Origin: Squalus acanthias | Lineage: Eukaryota | Length of the DNA stretch: 64,000 nucleotides | Reading direction: 5' to 3' | Assembly: GCA_030390025.1 (NCBI GenBank) | Contig: CM059432.1 | Coordinates: 77,812,001 to 77,876,000 of the forward strand | Shown: positions 50,983 through 64,000 of the stretch, piece by piece | Layout: every line of letters starts with the position of its first letter | How positions within the stretch are numbered: the first letter of the stretch is position 1 | Notes under the pieces: model-generated | What the model saw: the letters and a program-made list of their open reading frames with translations, nothing else | The model's database searches: none | What the model was told of the DNA's origin: nothing | Translations under genes and position numbers: made by a program

Positions 50983-51714
50983 GGGCCAAAAATTCGGCCC
51001 TTCCCGGGTGAGTACACAGTGCATACTCACCCGTAAGACGTCCCGAAGTGCCGGTTTCCTGCATGCACTGCGCATGCGCGGGAAACCGGAACTTCCGGTC
51101 TGGTGAAGGGGGCGGTTCCTAGGTGAACTGCGTGCGCGGTAGAGGCTGCGCGCACGCAGCAAACTTAGATTTTTTTTCAGGTTTCTACGGGAGGGTAAGT
51201 AGTGAAGAACCTATGCTTATAAAGGTAAGTGGTTAATTGAGTATAATTTAAAAAAAATTTCAACAGGTTTATCTTTCTTAGATACTTTAAAGAAAGGTAA
51301 GTTTATTTTTATCACTTTTAAAAAGTATTTTAATTTTTTCAAAAATTTAAATTTTTGTTTAAAGTGGTTAATTTATTTAACTATAGTTATTTTATAAATG
51401 TGATGTTTTTTTTAAATTTATTTTAAGTTTAGTTGTTCTTTTGGGGCCGATTTCAATTCACAGATTTGACAGGTCTCCTGTCAAATCTATGAATGAAAGA
51501 CGGTCTGCTGCCATTGGCTCTCCATGGCCCACGTGATCCCAGGGGACGCATCGCACTAACTGCGCCCCTGGGACACGCACGCACTGCGCGCCGGCAGTTG
51601 GAGCAGGCCCAGGAGCTGAAGTTCCCGTGGGCCCAAAACAACGGCAGGCGCGGTAGGTAAGTGCGCGCGCGATCCTTACCCCCGCGGCAAGCCGGAGAGG
51701 CGAATTTCAGGGCC
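50983..51714. mobile_element. Harbinger-type MITE (732 bp), family A copy 2 (opposite orientation to copy 1)
   Basis: TIR GGGCCAAAAATTCG / rc GGCCCTGAAATTCG; perfect ATT TSD; colinear with the reverse complement of 36407-37149. Confidence 0.92.
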
Positions 51715-52497
51715 ATTACTACGCACTATTCCATACTGACAGAACAATACCACAGGCCTATATTTTCAAGTTCACTAAAGAAAATAAACGAGTGTATATA
51801 ATTGCGTACATGACGAGAAATCCTATCACTGTTTGGAGCCAATACTGGGGAGGATAATTTCTACATGCATAGGATTTCCCTTTGGATTTCCTCCCAGCGG
51901 AGCAATTACTCTAAGAACAATGGACTTAGTAGCACCATTATTTCAATTAGCTTTTGCTCTGCCCGTCTCCTCTATCACGTGACATTTAAATGAGAATGTT
52001 CCCTCCTGATTCCAGACTTCAGTCCAGGTTCCCCCTGAAGATTTAAAATCAGACAGTGCAGCATGGTAGATACAAGAGAGGAGTTTTGATGTTCAATTGT
52101 GGCAACCAGGACTGAAGTCAGGAGGGAAAGTTACTATTTAAACATCACAGCGCTGAAGGAGTGGTGTAACAGCTAGGATGGAACATGCTACTTGAAATGA
52201 GAGAGAGAAAACATGTATTTGTGGACATCGCCCAACAAGAAGAGTAATGGTATGGTGAAAAGAAGCTTTGTTATGTTAATCCGTGTCTTATACAAGAGTC
52301 GGGGTGTTTTTTTTTGGGGGGGGGGGGGGGCGGGGGGGAGGCATCTTATTTGTCCCCATTTCCCAGAGTGAGCCTTAATGTTTAATGTGAATGTATAATT
52401 TATGTTTTACCATCTTTCTAAATGTATTTAGTTATTTTGGAGCTAGTGGAAACTACCTTTAAGGTTCACTCTGGAAAGAGGGGACAAATGTAATGTA

Positions 52498-52737
52498 CAG
52501 TAAACTCTTTCGTATCCGGCACCGACGGGACCGGGATGGTGCCGGTTGATTAAAACAGAGAGGTAGGCAATTCTTAACACAAAAAAAATAAAAACCAGTG
52601 ACTAACTCGGCCACCGCGGGAAACTCGGACTCGGAAAAACGAAAAATGGATGGATTCGGCAAGATTACCGGTTATCTATTTTGCCGGTTATTAAAGAATT
52701 CCGGTTGATTAGGTGCTGTTTAAACGAGAGTTTACTG
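52498..52737. mobile_element. Tc1/mariner (pogo/Tigger-like) MITE, 240 bp
   Basis: TA|CAGTAAACTCT...AGAGTTTACTG|TA. Confidence 0.9.
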
Positions 52738-52934
52738 TATTATAGTATAATGATGTGCCTGATTTTTAAGAGGGGAAAAACATATTTCAGAAAATGTGCT
52801 AAACATCAATGCTTTCCCCATTGCTAATAAATTATATTTTTAATGGTTGAATTGCACAAACCGGTGGGGGGGGGGGGGGGGGATTTAAATAAAATATATC
52901 AATTCTTTGGAGCTTCTCTCATTTTTTTTTTTAC

Positions 52935-53035
52935 CTTGGCTTCCTTTAGGTAACAGTGCATGGCCTGAGTTACATCAGCAGCATGTACTGCATTGTGGTA
53001 AGGGTTGTTACGGTGGTAGTCCTCCTGGACCATAA
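52935..53035 (-). CDS. PDE7A: PDE7A coding exon (101 bp), YHN/HAADV metal-binding motif
   Basis: (V)[33 protein letters not shown]; tgcAG acceptor, GTAA donor. Confidence 0.97.
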
Positions 53036-53709
53036 CTGCACAGAAAGAAAACGGTTATTTTATCACTTACAATTTTAATCAAAAATATCTGGGAATATTA
53101 AAGATATCCAAGAGACAATTCTTTAAATGTATGCTAGCAAATTTATTTCAGAATTTAATTTGAACACTAATGAATTAACATCATATTTCAAGTTGATAAA
53201 ATCTTATATTGAAGACTGCAACATAAGCTCCATAATCTCAACTTATCCAGAACTTTTCCATCCCATTTATCCCATTGTAAGTGCAGCTTACTAGCACCCC
53301 TTTCCTGCTGACGTCCAGTTCCCAAATGTATTGATTTCAAAATCCTTATTCACCAATCTCTCTGAAGCCTCACTCCACCCTACCCTACCTCTCCAGACTT
53401 CTCTAGCTCTACAATCCCATTTACACCCTCTGGACTTGCAACTCGAGTCTACAGTATACACCCCACCTCGATATTCCACCTCTCTACTAAGACTGTAAAC
53501 AACTTGTCCTGCAGTCTTACTAGAGAATGGAAATATTAAGCATCAACTCCTCAGACTTCATTAATGCATTACACTGTTACTAATCATTATCACCATTACC
53601 AAGAAGTACAATTTGGGGAATGGCGTGACGGCTGTCAACGACCAGAAGCTGCGCAGATGCGTACTGCGCATTAATCTGGAACTGGAAGCATGATGTTTGG
53701 TTTTTTTTC

Positions 53710-54420
53710 CAGAGGGACCTGGGTGTCCTGTTACATGAATCACTGAAAGTTAACATGCAAGTACAGCAAGCAATTAGGAAAGCAAATGATATGTTGGCCT
53801 TTATTACAAGAGGATTTGAGTATAAGAGTAAAGACTTCTTACTGCAGTTATATAGGGCCCTGGTGAGACCATACCTGGAGTATTGTGTACATTTTTGGTC
53901 TCCTTACCTAAGGAAGGATATACTTGCCACAGAGGGAGTGCAACAAAGATTCCCCAGACTGGTTCCTGGGATGGGGGATTGACCTACGAGGAGAGATTGA
54001 GTAGACTAGGCCTATTAGAGTTTAGAAGAATGAGAAGTGATCTCATTGAAACATACAAAATTCTTACAGGGCTTGACAGGGTAGATGCAGGGAGGATGTT
54101 TCCCCTGGCTGGGGAGTCTAGAACCAGGGGGGTCACAGTCTCAGAATAAGGGGTCGGCCATTTAGGACTGAGATGAAGAGAAATTTCAGAGGATGGTGAA
54201 TCTTTGGAATTCTCTACCCCAGAGGGCTGTGGAGGTTCAGTCATTGAGTATATTCAAGACAGAGATCAATAGATTTTTGAATATTAAAGGAATCAAGGGA
54301 TATGGGGATAGTGCAGGAAAGTGGAGATGAGGTAGAAGATCAGCCATGATCTTATTGAATGGCGGAGCAGGCTCGAAATGCCAAATGGCCTACTCCTGCG
54401 CCTATTTCTTATGTTCTTAA
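53710..54420 (+). mobile_element. CR1 3' fragment
   Basis: RALVRPYLEYCVHFW; tail ttcttatgttctta. Confidence 0.9.
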
Positions 54421-54502
54421 GCATGTGCAACTACTTCAACTTCGTTGGCAGCAGTTGCGTCCTATGAAAATAGACATCTGGTAAATACATAAGGTTACTT
54501 AC

Positions 54503-54598
54503 CCAAAAATCGGCGCAGTTTTACCAAATCCAAGTGGAAATGCTCAATAAGTCCATGGCATTTAAACAAATGGAAGGTCAAAGTAACCAGACTATTTC
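54503..54598 (-). CDS. PDE7A: PDE7A-type phosphodiesterase coding exon (first visible, 96 bp)
   Basis: Translates (G)[31 protein letters not shown]; acceptor tttctcttccAG, donor GTAAGT; phase 1/1. Confidence 0.95.
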
Positions 54599-55269
54599 CT
54601 GGAAGAGAAAAAAAATACATTAAGTAAGTGAATTGTAATTACTCAATGCTAATTTCATTGTTGCACATTTAAGCTTTTAACAACAACAGTACTATGTCCA
54701 AGCATTTTGAGCTTTCCAGGGCATACTATAATTGATATTATTTATGTTCATATGGTCATAATACTACACTAAATGTTTTGAATATTACAAATTTAAATAT
54801 GCTTTAGCAAATGAAAAGTGAAGGCGTTAATGTGTAAGAAAATAAAGCCAAAGGTTTGCTGAAAGCTTGCACGGAAACAACAGTGCAAGTACAGCGTAAT
54901 GCCAATTTTCGGCGTAAAAGATCGAGGAAGTTCAGGTGCAAGTAACTTGCGCCCGTTTTTACACTGCACCTGAATTTTCTCAATCTTTAACGCTGAATCG
55001 AAGAAACAGCTTGCTTCCCCCCACCTACAATGCAATAATGCAGCTCATGCGAATGTCCTGAATTTACGCCAGTGCAACAGGACCCAGTCATATTTCTGGT
55101 GTTTTATGCAAATTGTTTAAGCATGTGTTTTGATTTCTCCTCACTGAAACCTACGATAAGTTATATTTCTTTGAATGCAACTTTATGGCATCAGAATGAT
55201 TTGCATTAAAAATGAAAAACTACCACGATTGTATTGCATACATCTTTAATAGGTACATGAGCAATTCCG

Positions 55270-56075
55270 TGAAGCGCTAGCTGGAGCAAATAGGGTGTTT
55301 GGGTGTATCCATGGGACAATTGAGTATAAGACAAGGCATACTATTTTGTCCTTGTACAAGACCTTAGTCAGGCCGCACTTGGAGTACTGTCAGTTTTGGT
55401 CTTCTCACATGGTGGGTGATATTGAGGCTTTGGAAAAGGCGCAGAGGAAAGCCACTAGGATAATTCCCAGTTTAAAGCATCTTGGTTATCAAGATAAGCT
55501 AAAAGAGTTGGGACTCTACACTTTAGAGAAGTGTAGACTTAGGGGGGGGGATCTGATTGAGGATTATAAGATAATGAAGGGAATAGATTGTGTTCCAGTT
55601 GACAATTTGTTTCAATTAAACAGGTGAGACAGAACCATGGGTCACAAATTTAAGTTGCATAAGGCCAGATCTAGGTTAGATGTCAGGAGGTGGTTCTTTT
55701 CCCAGAGAATAGTGGACCTCTGGAACAGGCTGCCATCTCGTGCGGTGGATGCTGATTTGCTGAATTCCTTCAAGCAAGAGCTGGACCTGTTTCCAGCTGG
55801 GGCAGAGATCATCTCTTACAAAAGGTAGGTACTGCAGGGAATTCAGGGCCAGAGTGATCTCCTGGACTAGTTTCAATCGCCAAGATGGGTCAGAGAGGAA
55901 TTTCCCAGATTTTTTTCCCCAAATTGGCTTGGGTTTTCTCATTTTCTTTTGCCTTTCCCAAGAGATCACGTGGTTTCAGGTGGGGTGGAGGGTATATATT
56001 ATGATGCACAAGATATTGCAACTGGCTCGATAGATCAGAGGGGCTTTACCTGTCCGTCATGGTTTGTAGGTTCGT
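55270..56075 (+). mobile_element. CR1 3' fragment (same subfamily as 42332-42685)
   Basis: KTLVRPHLEYCQFW, FFSQRIVDLWNRLP. Confidence 0.88.
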
Positions 56076-56639
56076 AAAGATGCTGTGCCTAATGCTCATA
56101 AATGATGGTTTGATTGATTCAAACTTTAATTTTCATGCATAAAGAGGGACTTAAGGAAGGAATATGGCGTAAACTTCACCCATTCCTCAAAGGAATGTTT
56201 ATGCTGGTTTCCACTTGTTTTACACCGGTTTTCACCTTCTGGCCTATGTGCATGAGATTCTCAGGAAATTCTAGGATGTTTATTCAAGAATTAAGGAAGA
56301 CTACAAAAATAGTTATAATGTAAATTGCTATTTGGGCATTTTGATGAACAAAAGAATTCTAATGCCATACTGACAACAAATCTTTACCATCAGTATACAG
56401 GTTTTGTACAAGTTTTGGCCATGTCTGTGCTTAAATTCTGCTTAATCCATTCCAGACTAAATTCTCGCAAGTGTCCTCTCTTGCTGTGCAACAGCCAAAA
56501 TATTACATTTATTTTTGCTGACTCATATGCTCAAGACGGAGGAGCTAAATGCCGAGTAATGGATCACTTTTGCAAATCTGTCAGCCAATGTCAGTATCAA
56601 CTTGCACTTCAGGTTTTAATAAGACCAAATGCGGTCTAA

Positions 56640-57338
56640 GGGGGTAATTTTTACCCCCAAAAACATGTGGGTTGGGTTCGGGTGGGAGGTTAAAAAGCTA
56701 AAAATTTGAAAAAGGAACCAAACCTACCCAGCTCCAATTTTAACGGAGGCAGGACGAGGAGCGGCTGACCAATTGCTCTCAGGAGGCGGGTTGGTCATTT
56801 AAATATTTTAATGAGGTTGCGTGCCTTCATTTTAAAAGTGATTCTATTTTTAACCACAGTCGGCCGGGTTTCCCTGGCCTCGGGAAACCTGGCAGTGAAA
56901 GGAGACAAAGGGCTGCATCGATGAGTGAAGTGCCTTTACAGCACTGCTTGTGGGTCAGGAGGAGCAGGAGTGTTTCCTCCAGGCCCAGTATTAAACACTC
57001 AGCCCGCGATTGGATCCCCAACCACCATCTGCTCTACCCAACCACTACCTGCTGCTTCCCACCCCCACCAACCCCGCGCAATCGGACCCCCCGACCACCA
57101 TCTCCCCCTCCCCCCATCTGCCTCGCCCCCCCCTGCGATCGGAACCCACCCACCCCCTCCCCCACTAGACCTACCTGCTCTCAGCTCAGCTGCCTGACAG
57201 GCAGCCAGCCTGTCAATCAGGCTGGCGGTGGGTGGGAAACCTACAGGGAAAAAAAGAGTTTGGGATCCTATTTTCTCTCCCCCCTCCCCTCGCATGGAAC
57301 GCAGCCTCAGAGGTCAGAACGGGGCCTAAATCTCCCTC
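56640..57338. mobile_element. Non-autonomous Harbinger-type element
   Basis: GGGGGTAATTTTTACCCC versus rc GAGGGAGATTTAGGCCCC; flanks TAA/TAC; GC-rich. Confidence 0.55.
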
Positions 57339-57489
57339 TACTCTGCCCAATGTGCCTTAACACCTACCTTAAAGTGCATTTACAAAAAGTCAGTGTGAAT
57401 GGTTCAAATTCATACAGATGCTACAGTTATATCGTAAATGCAACCTGAATCTGGAATCAGGACCTGACCCAGCGATGGATTCCTGCCAC

Positions 57490-57955
57490 AAACTCCGTTC
57501 ACTAGCCACTGACTCCTATCCGTCTGAGGCTGAACCAGACTTTTCGCAACCTTGGTGTCCTATTTGACCCTGAAATGAGCTTCCAACCACATATCCACGG
57601 CATAACTAAGACTGCCTATTTCCACCTTCGTAACATCGCCCGTCTCCACCCCTGCCTCAGCTCATCTGCTGCTGAAACCCTCATCCATGCCTTTGTTACC
57701 TCCAGACTTGACTAGTCCAATGCACTCCTGGCTGGCCTCCCATGTTCTACCCTACGTAAACTTGAGGTCATCCAAAACTCGGCTGCCCATGTCCTAACTC
57801 GCACCAAGTCCCGTTCACCCATCACCCCTGTGCTCGCTGACCTACATTGGCTCCCAGTTGAGCAAAGTCTCTATTTCAAAATTCTCATCCTTGTTTTCAA
57901 ATCCCTCAATGGGCTCGCCACTCCCCATCATATAATCTCCTTCAGCCCCACAACC
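57490..57955 (+). mobile_element. L2 LINE ORF2 fragment
   Basis: NLGVLFDPEMSFQPHI..AYFHLRNIARL..ETLIHAFVTSRLD. Confidence 0.88.
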
Positions 57956-58599
57956 CCCGCCCCCCCCCCCACAATTTTATCATTCCCAAGGGCCCTCGCA
58001 TAAAGTGTAGTTGGAAAAGTTAGCATTTCCTTTTTTTGACTGAACCAAGATATGGGTGCTATTGTTACTGGAGGATACTAACGCACAGTGAAAAAGCAAT
58101 AAAAAAGAAATAAGCAGTTCAAAACCTTAACATATGCAGTTATTCTGATGGTGAAATGATGCATAGGTCTGCAATTTCTTGTGCTCACAAGCATGCTCTG
58201 TGTAGATTTCAAAAGTTTTGTTGGATGTTTCAAGATTATATTTCAAGTCAATACGCATTTGGGTATTAACTTCCGATGGGGGAAAAAATCAAGAGTCAAT
58301 AGTGACTCATTAACAATTCCTTTTAATATGCATACAAAAATAAAAATTGTTGTAGCATAATTTTTAGCACCAAATGCTGAATACACTGCACAATGCATTA
58401 AAAAAGTGTCAGAAATCAATATTTTCTAGGGAATCATGCCTCTCGAACCACCAAGGAAATACATTTTACACCATCAGAATTCACTCTGCTGTTAAAACTA
58501 ATTTAATCCACCACTCCAAACACTGCCCTTTTGTATATTTAGTTTTTTCCCCCCTACAATATAACATGGCAATCTAGGTATAGCGGCAGCTTAAGTCAG

Positions 58600-59670
58600 T
58601 AAGTAAAGGAGGCCAGATTCAGAAGACCAAAGGGCACAAGCTGGACCACGGGCTGAAGGAGCTGAGGACAAGGACTTTTAAATCAATGCACTAGGGGATA
58701 GAGAGCCAATTAAAGTTGCCACAAAAAGGGAAGGGTGGAGAACTAGGATTTGGTGCATTGTAGGATACAGGTAACAGAGTTTTGCACATGATGTTGGCTA
58801 AACAGTCAGGATAGAGATGGTGGAGGAATCAAGGATGAGGGAAGACATAGACCTGGGTGTCTTCGGCATACATGTAAAACTTATGAATGATATCAAGAGG
58901 AAAGAAAAAAAAGGGAATAGTAGACCAAGGATGGAGCCCTAGGGTACACCCAAAGTGCAGAAGCCATTGCAGAAGACATGCTGGCTTTGTTGGGACAAGT
59001 TGGAGTTGAACAGGCTGGGCAGTGACACTGAGGTAGACCACAGACGAGTGACTGAGGAGGACGGATTGGTTGACTGTGTCAAATACCACAGAGGTAAATG
59101 AGAATGAGGAAGGATAGTGCAACATGGTCACAATCACAAGGGATGACATTAGTGGAATTGACCATGGAGGTCTTGGTATTGTCAGCATGGTGCAAATCAG
59201 ATTGAAGAGATTTGGAGGGGGAATAATGTGAGAGGTGAGCACAAACAATGCAAAATGAGGACTTGAGAGGAAAGGGAGACTGCAGACAGGGCAGTAGCTA
59301 AAGAGGACAGAAAGATCACGATTGGATTTTTTGAGAGGTGAGCTGATGCCAGCAGTCCTGAAGAGTGGGTAGACAGCCTGACGATATTAGTAAACATTAG
59401 GCGAAGGAGTAATTGCGTGATGAGGAGCTAGGTCAATAGGGGATTGAAGGTACAGGAGATGATTCCCACAGAGGAAGTGAGCCTGGCAAGGGTTTTGGGG
59501 TGGGTGGAAGGATAAGGAGATGAAGGAGATGCTACAGAGTTAGGCCTGCAAAGCAAAAGTACAGAGATGTTAAAATTTGGGAGTCTTGGACAGAGGTGGT
59601 GGTGATTGAGGCAGCCAAGCAAATGGTCTCGATCTATGAGCAAAGAAATCCACAAATTCTTCATATATTT
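58600..59670 (-). mobile_element. Highly decayed L2 fragment
   Basis: Residual FDTVNQSVLL and MYAEDTQVY RT-like motifs. Confidence 0.6.
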
Positions 59671-60474
59671 AATCATAGGGGCATCACAGCTTAGCTCAAT
59701 TATCTGCTCACCTTACAGCCTCACTCTTGCAATTCCAGCAAGAGCTGCCTTGTAGTGAGCAGGAGTGGGATGTTGGCCGATTTTTCCCTCCCTAGCCTAA
59801 GGATGCTGAAATCAATTATAATGCCTCTACCACCATCCAGCTGAGATAAGCTGCTTCAGTACAAACCACGGATTGATTTTAGGACTTTTTAAAATCCTAG
59901 GTTACAGCTTTTTACAGTGAGAATGCAACCTGTGGATCTGGCTCCTCAATGCAACAAAAAGTTCAGCTCCAAAAAAAGGATTTGTATATGATTATTCAGT
60001 ATTTAATGACATTTTCAACTCAATATGAAGCAATACATTTCAAGGATATTCGACTAAGTCTAAACAAGTTATACTAACTAATCTTGTACAAATTATCAAT
60101 GCGACCATAGAGGAGCAAAATTTTGGGCTATCTATCTTTAAAATTACATTGATGTATTTGATAGGTCTCAGAAAAGAGTGACAAAGGAGGTTCTAGAGAG
60201 CTCCAACAGAGCCAAACCCTGAAAAGATGACCGAGGAGATAGAACTTTAAAATGCATCATCAGTAAAATAACCCATCAGGGAGCTGTCATAATGTTGAAA
60301 GGAATTCTTTCCAATGCTGGGTGCTGACACTGACATTCCAACAGAAATTAAGTATCAATTTGGAAACCAAGCCATTAGAATATTGAAAACAAACAGGGAA
60401 CAAGAAAAAAAAAATCATTCAGATAATGCAGATATAAGCAAGCTATTATATATATATATTTATATATAAAATCA

Positions 60475-60930
60475 GAACTTAAAGGGTTAAATTAAAAGGA
60501 CAGGTTGCGTAAACTTGGGTTGTATTCCCTTGAATTTAGACAGTTGAGGGATGATCGAATCAAAGTGCTTAAAATGATAACTGGATTCAATAGTGTAGAA
60601 ACAGAAAACTGCTTCCTCTGGTGGGGGAATCCAGAACAAGAGGACATAATCTTAAAATTAGAGCTAGGCCATTTAGTAATTAAATCAGGAAGCATTTTTT
60701 CACACAAAGATAATGGAAATCTGGAATTCTCTCCCCAGAAGGCTGTGGATGCTGGGTCAATTGAAATTTTCAAGACGGCAATCAATGGATTTTTCTCAAG
60801 TAATAGTATCAAAGGATATGGAGCAATGGCGGGTAAATGAAGTTGAGGTACAGATTAGCCATGATCTAACTGAATGGCCGAACAGGCTCAAGGGGTTGAA
60901 TGGCCAACTCCTGTTCCTATGTTCCTATTT
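60475..60930 (+). mobile_element. CR1 3' end
   Basis: KLGLYSLEFRQLRDD; tail cctatgttccta. Confidence 0.85.
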
Positions 60931-61049
60931 GACTTGGACTACAAACAGAGAACTGGAGGACACGGTTCAAAACTAACATGCCTCAAGCTAGACGAGAGTT
61001 TAGAAGCAATCCCCCTCCCCTTTCCCACAGCCTCCCAGCCCCATATAGA

Positions 61050-62320
61050 GAGCCACATATCCAAGTTTGCCAATAGGTGGCATTGTAAGCAGTGTAAATG
61101 GAAGCATAAAATTACAGAGAAAGTAATAGATTAAGTGACTGGGCAAAACTGTGGCAAATGGGTTTCAATGTCCAAAGTGTGAGGTCATCCACTCTGGACC
61201 TAAAAAGGATAGATTAGAGTACTTTCTAAATGGTGAAAAGCTAGAAACAGTGGAGGTCCAAAGAGACTTAGGGGTCCATATACATAGATAATTAAAATGT
61301 CATGGACAGTTGCAGAAAATAATCAAACAGTCTAATGGAATGCTGGCCTTTATATCTAGAGGACTAGAATACAAGCGAGTAGAAGTTTTGTTACAGCTAT
61401 ACAAAGTCCTGGTTAGGCCACACCTGGAGTACTGTGTTTAGTTCTGGGCACCACACCGTAGGAAGCATGTATTGGTATGGAGGGAGTGCAGTGTAGATTT
61501 ACTAGAATGATACCTGGACTCCAAGAGTTAAATTGCAAGGAGAGATTACACAAATTAGAATTGTATTCCCTAGAATTTAGAAGGTTAAGGGGTGATTTGA
61601 TCGAAGTTTTCAAGATATTAAGGGGAACTGATAGGATAGATAGAGAGAAGCTATTTCCGCTCGTTGGGGAGACTAGGGAGACATACCCTAAAAATTAGAG
61701 CCAGATCTTTCAGGAGTGAAGTTAGGAACTCCTTTTACATGCAAACGGTGGTAGAAGTAACAAACTCTCCTGCAAACGGCAGTTGATACTACAGGAAACT
61801 CTTTCGTATCCGGCACCGACGGAACCGGGATGGTGCCGGTTGATTGAAAATTCCGGATGACGGAGAGGGTTATCTACCGAGGCTATTTTTAACAAACAAA
61901 AATAAAAAAATCAAGAAATGTGCAGTATAATTGGGTACTCCCCTACAGAATGTTGTGTTAAATGGATGGTGGAAGATGCTTGATTAAGTACAGTAATGCC
62001 AGTTGAGGGTAATCCATAACTCTTTAATTACTTAACAGTAAAACAAAACTTATAAACGACTGTATACTGTAGTTTTCAGAGTATGAATTCTGCCGGTTAT
62101 TAGAGAATTCCGGATATTTAGGTGCCGTTTAAACGAGAGTTTCCTGTAGATCAATTGTTAATTTTAAATCAGAGATTGATAGATTTTTGTTAACCAAAGG
62201 TATTAAGGGATATGGGGCAAAGGCAGGTATATGGAGTTCGGTCACAGATCAGCCATGATCTCATTGAATGGCGAAACAGGCCCAAGGGGCTAAATGGCCT
62301 ACTCCAGTTCTTATGTTCCC
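61050..62320 (+). mobile_element. CR1 3' fragment interrupted by a mariner MITE
   Basis: RFTRMIPGL..LEFRRLRGDLIEVFKI; tail ttcttatgttc. Confidence 0.88.
61792..62146. mobile_element. Tc1/mariner (pogo/Tigger-like) MITE, 355 bp
   Basis: TA|CAGGAAACTCT...AGAGTTTCCTG|TA; same family as 52498-52737. Confidence 0.9.
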
Positions 62321-62337
62321 TCTGCTCCTCTACACTA

Positions 62338-63800
62338 AAATCATAGAATCATAGAAATTTACAGCACAGAAGGAGGCCATTTGACCCATCGTTTCTGTGC
62401 CAGCCAAAAAAGAGGTATCCAGCCTAATCCCACTTTCCAGCTCTTGGTCCATAGCCTTGTAGGTTACAGCACTTCAAGTGCATATCCAAGTACTTTTTAA
62501 ATGTGATGAGCACTTCTGCCTCCACCACCCTTTCAGGCAGCGAGTTCCAGACCCTACCACCCTCTGGGTGAAAAAAGTTCTCCTCAACTCCCCTCTAATC
62601 CTTCTACCAATTACTTAAAGTCTATGCACCCTGGTTATTGACCTCTCTGCTAAGGGGAATAGGTCCTTCCTATCCACGCTTTCTTGGCCCCTCATAATTT
62701 TATACACCTCAATCAAGTCTCCCCTCAGCCTCCTCTGTTCCAAAGAAAACAACCCCAGCCTATCCAATCTTTCCTCATAGCTAAAATTCTCCAGTCCTGG
62801 CAACATCCTCGTTAATATCCTCTGTACCTTCTCTAATGCAATCATATCTTTCCTGTAATGTGACCAGAACTGTACGCAGTACTCTAGCTGTGGCCTAACT
62901 AGTATTTTATACAGTTCAAGCATAACCTCCCTGCTCTTATATTCTGTGCTTCGGCAATAAAGCTAAGTATCCAGTATGCCTCTTAACCACCTTATCTACC
63001 TGTCCTGCAATCTTCATGGAACTGTGGACATGCACACCAAGGTCCCTCTGTTCCTCTACACTTCTCAGTATCCGACCATTTATTGTTTATTCCCTTGCCT
63101 CGTTATCCCTCCCCAAATGCATTACCACACACTTCTCTGGATTAAATTCCATTTGCCACTTTTCTGCCCACCTGATCAGTCCATTGATATCTTCCTGCAG
63201 TCTACAGCTTTCTTTCTCACGATCAACCACATGGCCAATTTATGGCTCATCTGCAATCTTCTTAATCATGCCCCCTACATTTAAGTCTAAATCATTGAAA
63301 GCAAGGGACCTAGTACTGAGCGCTGCGGAACCCCACTGGAAACAGTCTACCAATCACAAAAACATCCGTCGACCATTACCCTTTGCTTCCTGCCACTGAG
63401 CTAGTTTTGGATCCAACTTGCCACTTTCCCTTGGCATGGGCTTTTACTTTTCTGACTAGTCTGCCATGTGGGACCCTGTCAAAAGCCTTGCTAAAATCCA
63501 TGTAGACTACATTAAATGAACTACCCTCATCAACCCTCCTTGTTACCTCCTCAAAAAATTCAATCAAGTAAGTCAGACACGACCTTCCCTTAACAAATCC
63601 ATGCTGACTGTCCTTGATTAATCTGTGCCTTTCTAAATGACGATTAATACTGTTCCTCAGAAATGTTTCTAACAATTTGCCCACCACCGAGTTAGGGTGA
63701 TTGGCCTGTAATTACTCGGTCTATCCCTTTCTCCCTTTTTAAACATCGGTACAACGTTAGCAGTCCTCCAGCATCACACCTGTAGCCAGAGAGGATTTTA
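62338..63800 (-). mobile_element. CR1 fragment (same subfamily as 31737-33403, inverted)
   Basis: ORFs 63376-63687 and 62615-62923; (atcataga)n tail. Confidence 0.92.
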
Positions 63801-63804
63801 AAAT

Positions 63805-64000
63805 CCTCAATGATGGCGAAGCCCAGCATGCAAGTGCAAAAGACAAGGCTAAAGCGTTTGCAACTATAGTCAGCCAGAAGTGCCGAGTGGATGATCCATA
63901 TCGGCCTACTCCCAACATCCCCACCATCACAGAAGCCAGTCTTCAGCCAATTCAATTCACTCCACGTGATATCAAGAAACAGCTGAGCGCACTGGATACA
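63805..64000 (+). mobile_element. Second CR1-group LINE fragment (runs off the window)
   Basis: Reverse complement of 44380-44494 + 46235-46280. Confidence 0.85.

Noticed and set aside
52316..52882. Poly-G runs as regulatory G-quadruplexes
   Set aside because: Simple homopolymers that are prone to length errors; no supporting context.
4277..54598. PDE7B or PDE4 assignment
   Set aside because: [38 protein letters not shown] and [11 protein letters not shown] all match PDE7A.
56921..57448. 175-aa Pro-rich ORF
   Set aside because: Arises from C-rich low-complexity sequence inside a non-autonomous element.
54601..64000. Next upstream PDE7A exon (GNWNFDIFLFDRLTNG-like)
   Set aside because: Not found by eye; it is probably beyond the window.

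Overview
Vertebrate genomic DNA; the repeat content suggests a cartilaginous fish (shark), which is an inference. The window holds the 3' part of a PDE7A-type cAMP phosphodiesterase gene on the minus strand: 8 coding exons, 923 coding bp, all GT-AG with consistent phases and intact catalytic motifs, plus a probable 3' UTR. The introns (up to 23 kb) are packed with nested transposons: CR1 and L2 LINEs, a second CR1-group LINE, Deu-type and tRNA-derived SINE pieces, Penelope elements, PIF/Harbinger elements (decayed transposase plus Myb/SANT gene pairs, and MITEs) and Tc1/mariner-type MITEs. The main observations are: (i) minimal hammerhead-ribozyme motifs in Penelope tails, including a 227-bp TSD-flanked insertion that is a 91-bp fold-back palindrome hinged at two ribozyme cores; (ii) a ~740-bp Harbinger-type MITE family whose hairpins covary between copies and which carries promoter motifs and arrays of consensus 5' splice sites; (iii) four-level transposon nesting; (iv) a Pro->Gln change in the conserved PDE 'SPLCDR' motif. 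Repeat boundaries are approximate unless TIRs or TSDs are given.
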